Shown here one piece after another: positions 19,205-28,499 of a DNA stretch of 64,000 nucleotides. Below the pieces are notes generated by a model. It was given only the letters and a program-made list of their open reading frames with translations, was not told the DNA's origin and did no database searches. This stretch comes from Lachnospiraceae bacterium. Its GTDB lineage: Bacteria > Bacillota > Clostridia > Lachnospirales > Lachnospiraceae. How positions within the stretch are numbered: the stretch's first letter is position 1; the number at the start of each line of letters is the position of its first letter. The DNA is taken from assembly GCA_030537145.1 (NCBI GenBank), contig JAUNON010000008.1, positions 1,532 to 65,531 on the forward strand. Direction: 5' to 3'. Both the position numbers and the translations under genes were made by a program.

Positions 19205-20219
19205 CCGCTTTTTCCTCCCCTGTTTCCAGCAGCCGGCGCACATAGCTTCCAAGCTCTCCCAAAACCAAGCCTTCCAGAAGATTTCCTTCCTTTCTCCGGT
19301 CTCTCCAGCCGGGCAGGTGAAGCCTCTGTATTTTTTCAAAAATGCCGGAATATTCCAGAGCGTTTACATTTTTTTCAAACTGCAGAAGCTTTGCTCTGGA
19401 AATATGATCCTCTAGCACCGGCATATAAATCTTCGTACACGCCTGAAGAAGCTGCAGCAGATCTTCAATTTGTGTGCCGATGTCCAAAATCAGCACATCA
19501 TATTCTCCGCAGGAAGTAATTTCCCCCAGAAACGAAAGCCACTCTTCGCACCCCACGTCCCGCAGGTCGCCCGGAGAAAATGCCGGCGGAATATAATCCA
19601 GATTCCGAAAGGTCTGTATCATTCCATTCAGCTTATAAATGAGATTTCCCTCTTTTTGCCTGGCAAAATAAATCAGGTCCGACAAATCCGAACGATAGCT
19701 TGTGGAAAAAATCGTTTCAAATCCATTATAATCCTCCAGATTCAGATACAGCACCTTCTCCCGTTCGCCCAGAATCTCCCCAAGCGTCAATGCAAACATG
19801 GTTTTTCCCACCCGGTTCAGCGGCGAATAAACACCGATCACCTTTACTTTGGAACCACAGAAAAACATAGTATTAAGGCTTGGCTTTGTTCTTGCATAAA
19901 AATTCATTACCTCCGCCACCAAACTGTCTGAAGATTGGTATTTATATACGCAGGGATTCTCTTCCAGATTCTCCACCGCTTCGCCGTCAGAAAGAATAAT
20001 GATCCGTTCAATGTCCATATCCTTCACTGCGTCACACATCGCTTCGGTGGAAATCAGCAAAAGCTCAATATGATTATTCTCCGTAAACTTTCCGAGACTT
20101 TCCAGATTCGTAAATGCCTGTACCTCGAAAGGCGTATTCTTCCGCTCATTCATATATTCCGACAGATTGCAGGCATACGATGCTTCCAGATCACATACTG
20201 CAAAAATACTCTTTTTCAA
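19194..20219 (-). CDS. TadZ/CpaE-like protein (pseudo-receiver N-domain plus degenerate ParA/MinD ATPase)
   Basis: 341 aa with a deviant P-loop, VIGVYSPLNRVGKT. Its position directly upstream of cpaF matches TadZ. Confidence 0.65.
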   Translation of the reverse strand: MKKSIFAVCDLEASYACNLSEYMNERKNTPFEVQAFTNLESLGKFTENNHIELLLISTEAMCDAVKDMDIERIIILSDGEAVENLEENPCVYKYQSSDSLVAEVMNFYARTKPSLNTMFFCGSKVKVIGVYSPLNRVGKTMFALTLGEILGEREKVLYLNLEDYNGFETIFSTSYRSDLSDLIYFARQKEGNLIYKLNGMIQTFRNLDYIPPAFSPGDLRDVGCEEWLSFLGEITSCGEYDVLILDIGTQIEDLLQLLQACTKIYMPVLEDHISRAKLLQFEKNVNALEYSGIFEKIQRLHLPGWRDRRKEGNLLEGLVLGELGSYVRRLLETGEEKADEE

Positions 20220-20222
20220 TAT

Positions 20223-20741
20223 TTAGCCGGCACCTCCCAACACACATACCACACCGAAAAAAACAGGAATGGTAAAACAAAAACTGCCATCCTCATCCCC
20301 CGGTATCCGATAAGGTCTCCATTGCTTTGTTTCCAAAAACTGGGATAAATAAGTCTTGAAATAAAAGAATCGCTTAAATAGATTTTTTCTTTTGATTATC
20401 AGTACGGCAGAAATCACACCGCCGAAAAGAAATGTGTAAACAATGCACCAAAGCACCTGCTTTGGCCCTAAATATCCTCCGATCACACAGAGAAGCTTGA
20501 TATCTCCGGCTCCTATCATCCGAAAATAATAGAGAATACCGGGAAACACAATGGGCAAAAGTATGCCGGAAAAATAAACCCCTGCTCCCGCTGATCCGGA
20601 CTCATACACCTGCTGCCATAGTCCGCAGAGAAGTCCGGCCGCAATCAGCCCATTCGGTATCTTCCGATACTTCAGATCCCAAAGTACAGCAACTCCGGTC
20701 AAATGCAGAAGGAAAACCGTCTGCATCACGCTGCTACCCAC
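20223..20741 (-). CDS. A24-family prepilin peptidase (CpaA/TadV-like), copy 1
   Basis: 172 aa multi-TM with LWDLKYRKIPN and GAGDIKLL aspartate motifs. It is the first gene of the tad operon. Confidence 0.8.
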   Translation of the reverse strand: MGSSVMQTVFLLHLTGVAVLWDLKYRKIPNGLIAAGLLCGLWQQVYESGSAGAGVYFSGILLPIVFPGILYYFRMIGAGDIKLLCVIGGYLGPKQVLWCIVYTFLFGGVISAVLIIKRKNLFKRFFYFKTYLSQFLETKQWRPYRIPGDEDGSFCFTIPVFFGVVCVLGGAG

Positions 20742-20790
20742 CCCCTCTTTCGCTTATACGATTGTATGTCCTTTTCTTTTGCTTTCCTGT

Positions 20791-20819
20791 ATATTACCAC
20801 ATCTTTCGACAAAATGCAA
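20791..20819 (-). promoter_or_regulatory. Predicted sigma-A promoter of the tad operon
   Basis: Minus-strand TTGCAT-N17-TAATAT with TGg immediately upstream of the -10 (extended -10), about 50 nt before the first tad gene. Confidence 0.45.
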
Positions 20820-21078
20820 CTAAAAAATAATTTATTTTATGATATTTCTTTCATATTTTTAGTGATGTGCTGTTTATGTCTCTAAAACTGAAATTATCAC
20901 CCAATAATCTCAAGAAACAACGGATTTTCCTTATATGTTCTTTTACAGGGGTCTCACGGTTTCTCTCATAAGAAATATGTTACATAAGATGTACTCGAAA
21001 TGAATTATGAAATTTCTTTTAAACAGACCTGAATTATCTCGGTGTAAAAAATAATAGGATACTTACATTCTCAATTTG

Positions 21079-21166
21079 ATTCGAGTGTCAAAAGCCTTCG
21101 GCAAGTATCATCGGCTTTCATAAGCAAACAGCAGAAAGTTAAAAAGCTGGCCTTTGACACCCGAAT
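21079..21166. repeat. Inverted-repeat-bounded element (ATTCGAGTGTCAAAAGCC ... GGCCTTTGACACCCGAAT)
   Basis: 16 of 18 nt of the arms are complementary and enclose 52 nt. An internal hairpin (AAAGCC..GGCTTT) competes for the left arm. It shares ATTCGAGTGTCA, CAGAAAGTT and a GAAT-C/T-CCATAGG-like segment with 42694-42800. Confidence 0.45.
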
Positions 21167-21241
21167 CCCATAGGATTATGTTTCTATCCGTTTTTCAAAT
21201 CTAAGCCGGTATATTCATATAGCAGATACCTGTCCGGTTCT

Positions 21242-22420
21242 CTATCTGGCCATCCGGTAAATCTGAATCATATCTTCCTTTTTCAATACCCGGAAGCCGC
21301 CCACCGTGCGTTTTCCGAAAAAGCTGCATTTTTCTGCCATCTCTTGAATCTGCTCCTCTGTCAGATCAATTCCCAACTCATGAATACTGGTCGGCATTCC
21401 CAGCTCACGGAAAAACCGCTCTGTCGCTTCAATTCCTGCAAGGGCCGTCCGCCGGGGATTATCGCTGTCCATGGGAATCCCCATTACTTTTTCCGCATAC
21501 CGGCCAAACCGTTCCGGCTTCTCCAGATATACATATCTGGCCCAGCTTCCCCATACCGCCGCAAGTCCGGCTCCGTGAGCCACATCAAACATACCGCTCA
21601 GCTCATGCTCCAACTGATGGCTGGCCCAATCCTCCGCCATTCCGCAGCTCAGCAGGCCATTGTGGGACAAGCTGCCGGCCCACATTACCTGCGCTCTGGC
21701 ATCATAATTTTCCGGCTCCTTCATCAAAATCCGGGCATTGTACATCACCGTCCGCAGCAGATGCTCCGCCATACCGTCCACCAGCATAGTATCTGTCCCG
21801 GTGTGGAAATAACGTTCCATGGTATGCATCAGGATATCTACGCAGCCGCTGGCTGTCTGGTAAGCCGGAAGCGTATAAGTCAGCTCCGGATTCATCACTG
21901 CAAATCTGCATCGGGCATAATCCGTGCTGTATCCCCGCTTCAGCCATCCCTCCTCATTGGTAATGACGCAGGAATGACTCATCTCACTTCCTGCGGCCGC
22001 AATGGTCAGCACAGCTCCGATGGGCATACAACCGGAGGCCTTCCGTTTTCTTTCATAAAAATCCCACACATCGCCTTCATTGGCAAGACCGTAGCCGATA
22101 CACTTGGCGGAGTCGATCACGCTTCCGCCCCCAACAGCCAGCAAAAAATCCACCTTTTCCTTCCGCCCCAGCTCAATGCCTTCTCTGGCCAGGCTCAATC
22201 TTGGATTCGGCTTCACGCCTCCCAGCATCACATACTCAATGCCTGACTCGGTCAAGGACTGTCCGATCCGATCCAAAAGGCCTGACCTTCTGGCGCTTTC
22301 TCCCCCAAAATGTACCAGCACCCTGGTGCCGCCCTGCTCTCTGACCAACCGCCCTACTTCCTGCTCCGTTCCTTTTCCAAACACCACCCTTGTAGGTGTA
22401 TAATATTCAAATCTGTTCAT
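21242..22420 (-). CDS. Iron-containing (type III) alcohol dehydrogenase, butanol-dehydrogenase-like
   Basis: MNRFEYYTPTRVVFGKG.., the GGGSVIDSAK motif and a His-rich metal site region. The longest ORF starts at 22438. Confidence 0.85.
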   Translation of the reverse strand: MNRFEYYTPTRVVFGKGTEQEVGRLVREQGGTRVLVHFGGESARRSGLLDRIGQSLTESGIEYVMLGGVKPNPRLSLAREGIELGRKEKVDFLLAVGGGSVIDSAKCIGYGLANEGDVWDFYERKRKASGCMPIGAVLTIAAAGSEMSHSCVITNEEGWLKRGYSTDYARCRFAVMNPELTYTLPAYQTASGCVDILMHTMERYFHTGTDTMLVDGMAEHLLRTVMYNARILMKEPENYDARAQVMWAGSLSHNGLLSCGMAEDWASHQLEHELSGMFDVAHGAGLAAVWGSWARYVYLEKPERFGRYAEKVMGIPMDSDNPRRTALAGIEATERFFRELGMPTSIHELGIDLTEEQIQEMAEKCSFFGKRTVGGFRVLKKEDMIQIYRMAR

Positions 22421-22597
22421 ATAACCCTCCTTCTTCATACATTATGACAGGCTCTTATACAAAATCTCCCTGCTGCCTGATACATCCTCTTAATTCTCAA
22501 ACCTTCTGTTCTCTCAGCCGCAGTCCTCTGCCTTATAGCTTCTGCCGCAAAACCGTTTTTCAGGCAATTACATCTTATTATAAAATCCTGCGATTGT

Positions 22598-22635
22598 AAA
22601 GAAACGGGAGAAGGCATTCCTCTATGCCCCCTCCC
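22598..22635 (-). terminator. Terminator of the Opp/Nik-type ABC operon
   Basis: Minus-strand GGGAGGGGGCATAGAGGAATGCCTTCTCCC followed by GTTTCTTT. Confidence 0.55.
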
Positions 22636-22734
22636 TGACGGAGAAAATCCTTTTTCACGGCTTTGCCATAAAGTAATAAAAAGAAGCTTAACACATCCCC
22701 ATGTATGGGTCAGGGAAAAGTACGGCAAACCCTG

Positions 22735-23694
22735 TCAACTTCCAGGTCTGCCAAAACAAGAAACCCAATGTCCCTTTGCAGCCTCCTGCAGCTTTGGTTC
22801 TTCATTCCGGCACTTATCCCGTGCATAGGGACATCTCCATGCATATGCACAGCCCTTTTGCGGAATTTTCCATATATTTGCGGGCTGCTCTTCTGCACCG
22901 TTCTTTTCATCATAACGGCTATGAAGGGTAAATGAAACCTTAAGAAGCGAAGCTGTGTACGGATGCAGATGTTCATTTACCAGTTTTTCACTTTCTATAA
23001 TCTCTACCAGCTTTCCCTGAAACATGATACCTATGCGATGGGAAACGGATCTTACCACAGCGATATCATGACCAATAAACAAAGAAGTAAAATCCCTCTC
23101 CCGCTGGATTTTTACAAGATATTCCATGATATTCCTCTGGATGGATACATCCAGCGCACTCGTTGCCTCATCAAACACAATCACATCCGGATTTACAGAC
23201 AGCGCCCTTGCAATCACAATTCTCTGAAGCTCGCCTCCACTCAATTCATGAGGAAGCCTGTACCGGTATTCCTCCGGAAGCCCTATCTGCTCCAGATCCG
23301 TTTTTACCATTTCCAGGGCATTTTTTCTCGATGCTAAACGAAAATTCACCCTACCCTGCACAAGAAATTCCTCCATCGCCATTCTCGGGCTGAATACAGA
23401 CCATGGATTTTGATAAACCATCTGAATATGACGATAAAACCGGTATTTCTCCTGTTTTTTCCATTCTGCTAACGATCTGTCTTTAAAAATAATTGTACCG
23501 TCATCCGCAGTTTCCAGAGATGCGATCATACGTCCCAGGGTCGATTTGCCGCTTCCGCTCTCCCCCACAAGTCCAAAACATTCTCCCTGGAAGATTTGAA
23601 AGCTCACACGATCGACAGCAGTGATTTTCTTTTTTTTATCAAATGTTTTTTTGAGATCCGTTATTTTAAGAATCGTTTCTTTCTCAGTCCGCAA
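22735..23694 (-). CDS. Peptide/nickel-type ABC transporter ATP-binding protein (OppF/NikE-like)
   Basis: GESGSGKST Walker A, LSGGELQR signature, and a Cys-containing oligopeptide-type C-terminal extension (CAYAWRCPYARDKC). The start was chosen as the TTG 6 nt after GGAGG; the longest ORF reaches 23784. Confidence 0.85.
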   Translation of the reverse strand: MRTEKETILKITDLKKTFDKKKKITAVDRVSFQIFQGECFGLVGESGSGKSTLGRMIASLETADDGTIIFKDRSLAEWKKQEKYRFYRHIQMVYQNPWSVFSPRMAMEEFLVQGRVNFRLASRKNALEMVKTDLEQIGLPEEYRYRLPHELSGGELQRIVIARALSVNPDVIVFDEATSALDVSIQRNIMEYLVKIQRERDFTSLFIGHDIAVVRSVSHRIGIMFQGKLVEIIESEKLVNEHLHPYTASLLKVSFTLHSRYDEKNGAEEQPANIWKIPQKGCAYAWRCPYARDKCRNEEPKLQEAAKGHWVSCFGRPGS

Positions 23695-24463
23695 GGCGTT
23701 CCTCCTGAAAATCCGGTACTGCATACAACAATCTTCTGGTATAATCTTCCGTTGGGTGATCGATGATCTGGTCTCTTGTTCCATATTCTATCATCTTTCC
23801 GTCCTTCATAACTCCAATGTAATCTGATATATAGGAAGCAAGACCCATATTATGCGTCACAAGCAAAATCGCCGTATGGTACTCTCTGCGCAGCTCCAAA
23901 AGCTGTCTTACAATCCGCTCCTGTATCGTTGCATCAAGGGCACTGGTTGGCTCATCAGCTAACAGAAGCTTCGGTCTGAAGGTCATCGCCATGGCTATGG
24001 CAACTCTCTGTACCATTCCTCCGCTTAATTCAAAGGGATAGGAACGCAGAATGCGCTCGCTATCTGTCAAATGCACACTTTCCAGCATTTCTTTTGCAAT
24101 TTTAATCTGTTCTTTTTTATTTCTTACCCCATGGGCATTCAGCATTTCTCCATACTGTTTCCCGATTCGTTTCACCGGATCAAAATATCTGCCTGCATTC
24201 TGATATATAATTGCAATTTCTTTTCCCCGAATCAGTCTTTTTCGGAAGTTTGTCAGCGGTTCGCCTTCATAAACAATGCTGCCGTCCAGGTCATCCGACG
24301 GAAGCAGCCCCAGGATTCCATGCAGCAGGGTGGATTTCCCGCTTCCGCTTTCTCCCACAATACTGATAATTTCCCCCGCCTGTATTTTGATTGAAACATT
24401 TTGCAGCGCTTTATTTCCATCCCCATACGAATAGGAAAGTTTTGATATCTCAAGAATCTCCAT
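23684..24463 (-). CDS. Peptide/nickel-type ABC transporter ATP-binding protein (OppD/NikD-like)
   Basis: 259 aa with GESGSGKSTLL and LSGGMVQR. Confidence 0.9.
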   Translation of the reverse strand: MEILEISKLSYSYGDGNKALQNVSIKIQAGEIISIVGESGSGKSTLLHGILGLLPSDDLDGSIVYEGEPLTNFRKRLIRGKEIAIIYQNAGRYFDPVKRIGKQYGEMLNAHGVRNKKEQIKIAKEMLESVHLTDSERILRSYPFELSGGMVQRVAIAMAMTFRPKLLLADEPTSALDATIQERIVRQLLELRREYHTAILLVTHNMGLASYISDYIGVMKDGKMIEYGTRDQIIDHPTEDYTRRLLYAVPDFQEERLAD

Positions 24464-24551
24464 ACAAAATGCTCCTTATCATTATTGGGGGTGCTTACAG
24501 CACCCCCGCATTTTCCTTACGGATACACGATTGCCCTGAAAATATGACGGA

Positions 24552-26078
24552 CTACTCGCTAATCGTTAATGTATTGGTTACGAAATAGTAATCGATAGGA
24601 TATGCCGTAATACCGCTGACCTTACTGTTTGCCGCAACAATATTGCTCTGGGACATCAGATACACATGTGCCGCATCCTCCAGGAGAATTTCCTGTGCCT
24701 CTTTAACCAGCGAAGTCTTTTCATCCTGATCAAAGCAGCTTGTAAGCTTTGAAATGACCTCATCCAGTTCTTCATTGCTGTAGTGATAATAGTTTGTATT
24801 GCTGCCGGTCTGGTAAATGGCAGACAGCATCCAGGACGGATCTCCTGTGGACAGATACTGCGTGTTCTTCTGCATCAGGTCAAAATCACCGTTGGCTTCA
24901 ATCTCATCCACAGTTTCCACCAGATTCAACTGCACATCAATTCCAATCTGTTTTTCCATATTCTGAATGGCTTCATTTACACTGGTCATTGTAGAAATGT
25001 CGTAAGTAAGACCAAGAGTCAGCTTCTCTCCATCCTTGTCCACATAACCATCCCCGTCAGAATCCGTGTAGCCTGCAGCCTCAAGGTAAGAAACTGCCGC
25101 TTCCGGATCATAGCTCTGGATCTCAACCTCGTCATATCCATAAATGGAAATTGGGAAAGGCGCACCTGCCACTTCCACGTCATTACCAAGAACAGTAGCC
25201 AATGCTTCAAAATCCAGGGCAGAGATAAATGCTTTTCTTACATTAATATCCTGCAGCACCTCATTTTCATAATTGAAATAAAGTGTACGTGTACGGATAC
25301 CTGCCGTATCCACCACCACATAATCTTCATTATCGGTAAACAGAGGTAAGTCGGCCGAACTGATTCTCTGTACAATATCCATGTCTCCGGACTGGAGCGC
25401 CATTGCCCTCGTGCTGTCATCAGAAATATTTTTAACTGTCAGAGTATCAACATCGGAGGCCCCATTCCAGTAATCATCGTACTTTACCAACTGAATTTCC
25501 TCATCCGGGGTAAAGTCGGTTACGATAAACGGCCCTGTCCCCACAGGCTGGGTCGCTGGATCCGTATCCGCAGTGGTATCTACGATAATAAATAAAGGTT
25601 CAGAAATGGCATTCAAAAAAGATGCATTGGGCTGATCGGTCGTAAATGTTACGGTTTGCCCATCTGCTTCTATTGCAGAAATATATGTACTGGTATAACT
25701 GCGTTCCTGAGCATCCAAAGCTCTCTGGATAGAATTTTTTACCGCTTCTCCGGTGACGGGATTTCCATTCTGGAAGGTAACGCCGTCACGGATATGGAAT
25801 TTCCATGTGTTTTCATCTACCATCTCCCATTCATCCGCAAGCTGTCCCTCTATCTCAAGATTTTCATTGATCGTTACAAGAGTTTCCCCTGCCCCGATCC
25901 GGCAAAGAGTCCATCCATCATAATCTGTAGCCGGATCCAGAGTGCTGCCGAACCAATATAATGCTGCATTGATATGCTTTCCCTCTGAATTTTCAGATGC
26001 CATGACAGAGCATCCTAAAACGGCGCTCACAGATAATACTGCACAAAGAGCTGCTGCAATTTTGTTCTTCATTTTCAT
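24552..26078 (-). CDS. Family-5 ABC substrate-binding lipoprotein (peptide/nickel/opine family)
   Basis: 508 aa with a lipobox-like AVLGCS, followed by a family-5 SBP-like body. Confidence 0.85.
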   Translation of the reverse strand: MKMKNKIAAALCAVLSVSAVLGCSVMASENSEGKHINAALYWFGSTLDPATDYDGWTLCRIGAGETLVTINENLEIEGQLADEWEMVDENTWKFHIRDGVTFQNGNPVTGEAVKNSIQRALDAQERSYTSTYISAIEADGQTVTFTTDQPNASFLNAISEPLFIIVDTTADTDPATQPVGTGPFIVTDFTPDEEIQLVKYDDYWNGASDVDTLTVKNISDDSTRAMALQSGDMDIVQRISSADLPLFTDNEDYVVVDTAGIRTRTLYFNYENEVLQDINVRKAFISALDFEALATVLGNDVEVAGAPFPISIYGYDEVEIQSYDPEAAVSYLEAAGYTDSDGDGYVDKDGEKLTLGLTYDISTMTSVNEAIQNMEKQIGIDVQLNLVETVDEIEANGDFDLMQKNTQYLSTGDPSWMLSAIYQTGSNTNYYHYSNEELDEVISKLTSCFDQDEKTSLVKEAQEILLEDAAHVYLMSQSNIVAANSKVSGITAYPIDYYFVTNTLTISE

Positions 26079-26926
26079 TTCCTCCTTTTTGTTACTTGCT
26101 CTCTTGGATCAAATATATCTCTAAGGCAATCGCCTAAAAGACCGAAAATCATAACATGAAGCATAATGATTAATCCTGGATAAAAAATCAGCCACGGTGC
26201 CGTCTGGATATACCTTCTGCCCTCGCTGAGCATAAATCCCCATTCAGGAGTAGGCGGCTGGGAGGACAACCCCAGCAAAGACAAACCAGCCATTGTAAGC
26301 AGCTTTGCTCCCACATCCTGTGTCACAACCACCAGAAGATAGGGAACAATATTTGGAAGAATATAATATCGCACCAGGGTAAATCCCCTTGCTCCCCCCA
26401 ACTTCGCCTCTTCAATGTAAAAGCTGTTTTTCAAGGACAATACGAGAGAACGGCTGATTCTGGCATATTCCCCCCAGCCTATGATGATCAGAGCCAATGC
26501 GGTATGGCCCAAGCCGGAGCCTAAAACACTTACCAGTGCGATCGTAAAAACAGTAGCGGGTACTGCCATTGCCAGATCGATCAGGCGGCTTAAAAGCATG
26601 TCTGTGATTCCTCCACACAAACCAGCCGTTACTCCTACCCCTACTCCTATCAAAAGGGAGAAAAAAATCACCACAAACACAATTAACAGGGAAGTGCGTC
26701 CCCCATAAATCAGCCTTGAAAGAATACACCTTCCAATCTGATCCGTCCCCATTGGATATTTCCTGCTCCCAAAGATCAAAATATTCGTGTAATCATTTTC
26801 GATTGGATCATTCGGAGCAATCCATGGAGCCATCACAGGAATCAAAATCAGCAGGACTGCCAGGATGCACAACACAAAGGCGGCAGGTCTTTGAAGCGCT
26901 TTTTTTATATATCGTTTTATTCTCAC
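26075..26926 (-). CDS. ABC permease (OppC/DppC/NikC-like)
   Basis: 283 aa, 6 TM; its start overlaps the upstream gene stop. Confidence 0.9.
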   Translation of the reverse strand: MRIKRYIKKALQRPAAFVLCILAVLLILIPVMAPWIAPNDPIENDYTNILIFGSRKYPMGTDQIGRCILSRLIYGGRTSLLIVFVVIFFSLLIGVGVGVTAGLCGGITDMLLSRLIDLAMAVPATVFTIALVSVLGSGLGHTALALIIIGWGEYARISRSLVLSLKNSFYIEEAKLGGARGFTLVRYYILPNIVPYLLVVVTQDVGAKLLTMAGLSLLGLSSQPPTPEWGFMLSEGRRYIQTAPWLIFYPGLIIMLHVMIFGLLGDCLRDIFDPREQVTKRRK

Positions 26927-27864
26927 TTCTTCTCCCCCAATCTGATTCTAGGATCAAGGAACTGATAGGAAATATCTACCAGAAGATTTACCAATACATA
27001 AATAAAGGCCATCCAGAGTACATACCCCTGAATCACAGGATAATCCCGGTAAGATACGGCATCCACCGCCATTTTTCCGACTCCATTCCATTCAAAGATT
27101 GTCTCCACGATGGTAGCCCCGCCAAACAGGTTGCCAATGGACATACCAAGCATTGTAACAATAGAAATCAGGGAATTGGGTACAACATGACAAAGGATCG
27201 CCCGTCTCACACTGACACCTCTCGAAACACATCCCTTCACATAATCCTGGTTCAGCTCTTCCAGCATGCTGCCGCGCAGCCTTCTGATATATAGAGAGGA
27301 TAGCCAAAATGCCAATGAAAGAGAAGGAAGAATTAGATGTTTCAAATCGCCGCTTCCGACCACCGGCAGCACCTTAAGCTTCACACCAAACAGATACATC
27401 AGAAGCGTCCCCACCCAGAAAGACGGCATGGAAATTCCCACGAATGAATAAAAACGCAGCAAATAATCTATCCATTTATTCTGATAAACCGCACTCAGTA
27501 TTCCAAACGGAAATGATATTATAATCATCAAAAGCATAGAGGCCCCTGCCAACTGCATGGTTCTTGGGATCCTTCTGGCAAACTCTTTGGTCACATCAGA
27601 ACCATATGTATAGGATTCCCCTAAATCTCCATGAAGCACGCCCTTCAGCCATCTCCCATACCGCACAAAGAAAGAATCGTTTAGCCCCAACGACTCCCTC
27701 TCTTTTTCAATCACAGTTTCATCTACACTTACCCCCATCCTGCTGTATTTTGCCCTGACAGGGTCTGACGGTGAATAATAACTCATTGCAAACGCCAGTA
27801 TAGATATTAAAAATAAAATTGGAAATAAATATAAAATTCTTTTGATAATATAAGATTTCATCAA
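26923..27864 (-). CDS. ABC permease (OppB/DppB/NikB-like)
   Basis: 313 aa: MMKSYIIKRILYLFPILFLISILAF..; typical OppB family. Confidence 0.9.
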   Translation of the reverse strand: MMKSYIIKRILYLFPILFLISILAFAMSYYSPSDPVRAKYSRMGVSVDETVIEKERESLGLNDSFFVRYGRWLKGVLHGDLGESYTYGSDVTKEFARRIPRTMQLAGASMLLMIIISFPFGILSAVYQNKWIDYLLRFYSFVGISMPSFWVGTLLMYLFGVKLKVLPVVGSGDLKHLILPSLSLAFWLSSLYIRRLRGSMLEELNQDYVKGCVSRGVSVRRAILCHVVPNSLISIVTMLGMSIGNLFGGATIVETIFEWNGVGKMAVDAVSYRDYPVIQGYVLWMAFIYVLVNLLVDISYQFLDPRIRLGEKK

Positions 27865-28033
27865 TTCCCCTGCCTCACTGGTATAAAAGAATGTGCTTCA
27901 CTCACTCCCACAGCTTCACAAGCCTGTATTAAAGCGCACTTCTTCTGCATCAAACACAGTCAAAAAATGATCTTTTCTTCATACATTTGAGTGCATTCCA
28001 CGGAGGAATCGTGAAATTAAGAAACGGGAACTT

Positions 28034-28238
28034 TCTAAACTTTCATGCCTGCTTTGCAGGCACCGCCAAAAATATAAGTCCACGGATTGCTTCGCACTTC
28101 GTGCTTTCGCAATCCTACAGCCATTCGGAATTCGGGCTAATCGCCCTGCTTCTTCATACCTGTTGTCGTCTCAAAAGCATAGCCGGAATAGCCTGCCGGC
28201 AGTCCGTCTCTGCTTTGAGACTGGACTTATACAGTAAA
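28034..28238 (-). repeat. Long copy of a modular intergenic element ('element X'), carrying a ~100-nt internal insertion
   Basis: The minus-strand sequence TACTGTATAAGTCCAGTCTCAAAGCAGAGACGGACTGCCGGCAGGCTATTCCGGCTATGCTTTTGAGACGACAACAGGTA ... CCTGCAAAGCAGGCATGAAAGTTTAGA aligns end to end with 55629-55739, apart from the insertion. Confidence 0.75.
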
Positions 28239-28239
28239 T

Positions 28240-28266
28240 CAAAAAAAGAGAACCATCGGTTCTCTT
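28240..28266 (-). terminator. Intrinsic terminator forming the expression platform of the cobalamin riboswitch
   Basis: Minus-strand AGAGAACC-GATG-GGTTCTCT followed by TTTTTTT. Confidence 0.8.
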
Positions 28267-28344
28267 AAGATTAGTCTGAAAAAAGACATAAAAAAGCCTT
28301 CCGCCAGAGTAAATCCAATCCCTCCGATTAGTTTACATTACAAA

Positions 28345-28470
28345 ATGGGCAAGTCTCCTGGCTTAAGTTCATCCTACCTCTCCATCTTCCCAGTCACCCA
28401 GTGATATTGGAGTTTCGTCCCTTTACAGTAGCGGGGGCTGCTTTGGTTTTTCACCAAATTCCTTATTAAG
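28345..28470 (-). promoter_or_regulatory. Cobalamin (B12) riboswitch aptamer
   Basis: The minus strand reads ..GGTGAAAAACCAAAGCAGCCCCCGCTACTGTAAAGGGA..ATCACTGGGTGACTGGGAAG..AAGCCAGGAGACTTGCCC. This matches the conserved GGTGAAAA-CC, GCAGCCCCCGCTACTGTAA, CACTGG..GGGAAG and B12-box (AGYCAGGAGACYTGCC) blocks. Confidence 0.9.
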
Positions 28471-28499
28471 CTTTGTAAAAAGCACCTCATTTGTTAGAC

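Noticed and set aside
20742-21241. Possible c-di-GMP riboswitch in the 500-nt region upstream of the pilus operon.
   Set aside because: I could not find GEMM-type conserved blocks (for example ACGCAAAGC or a GNRA tetraloop-receptor arrangement). The structured element at 21079-21166 lies upstream of the best promoter candidate. It is therefore reported only as a repeat.
21344-22246. 300-aa plus-strand ORF inside the alcohol dehydrogenase gene. Similar long antisense ORFs lie at 578-1414, 2394-3155, 58198-58803, 59091-59651, 60179-60770 and 61092-61613.
   Set aside because: All are antisense to confidently identified genes and have low-complexity, Pro/Arg/His/Cys-rich translations with no motifs. 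They are treated as frame shadows.
27987-28268. 93-aa plus-strand ORF in the riboswitch-operon spacer.
   Set aside because: It overlaps the repeat element X on the opposite strand, has no RBS, and its 'protein' is dictated by the hairpin sequences.
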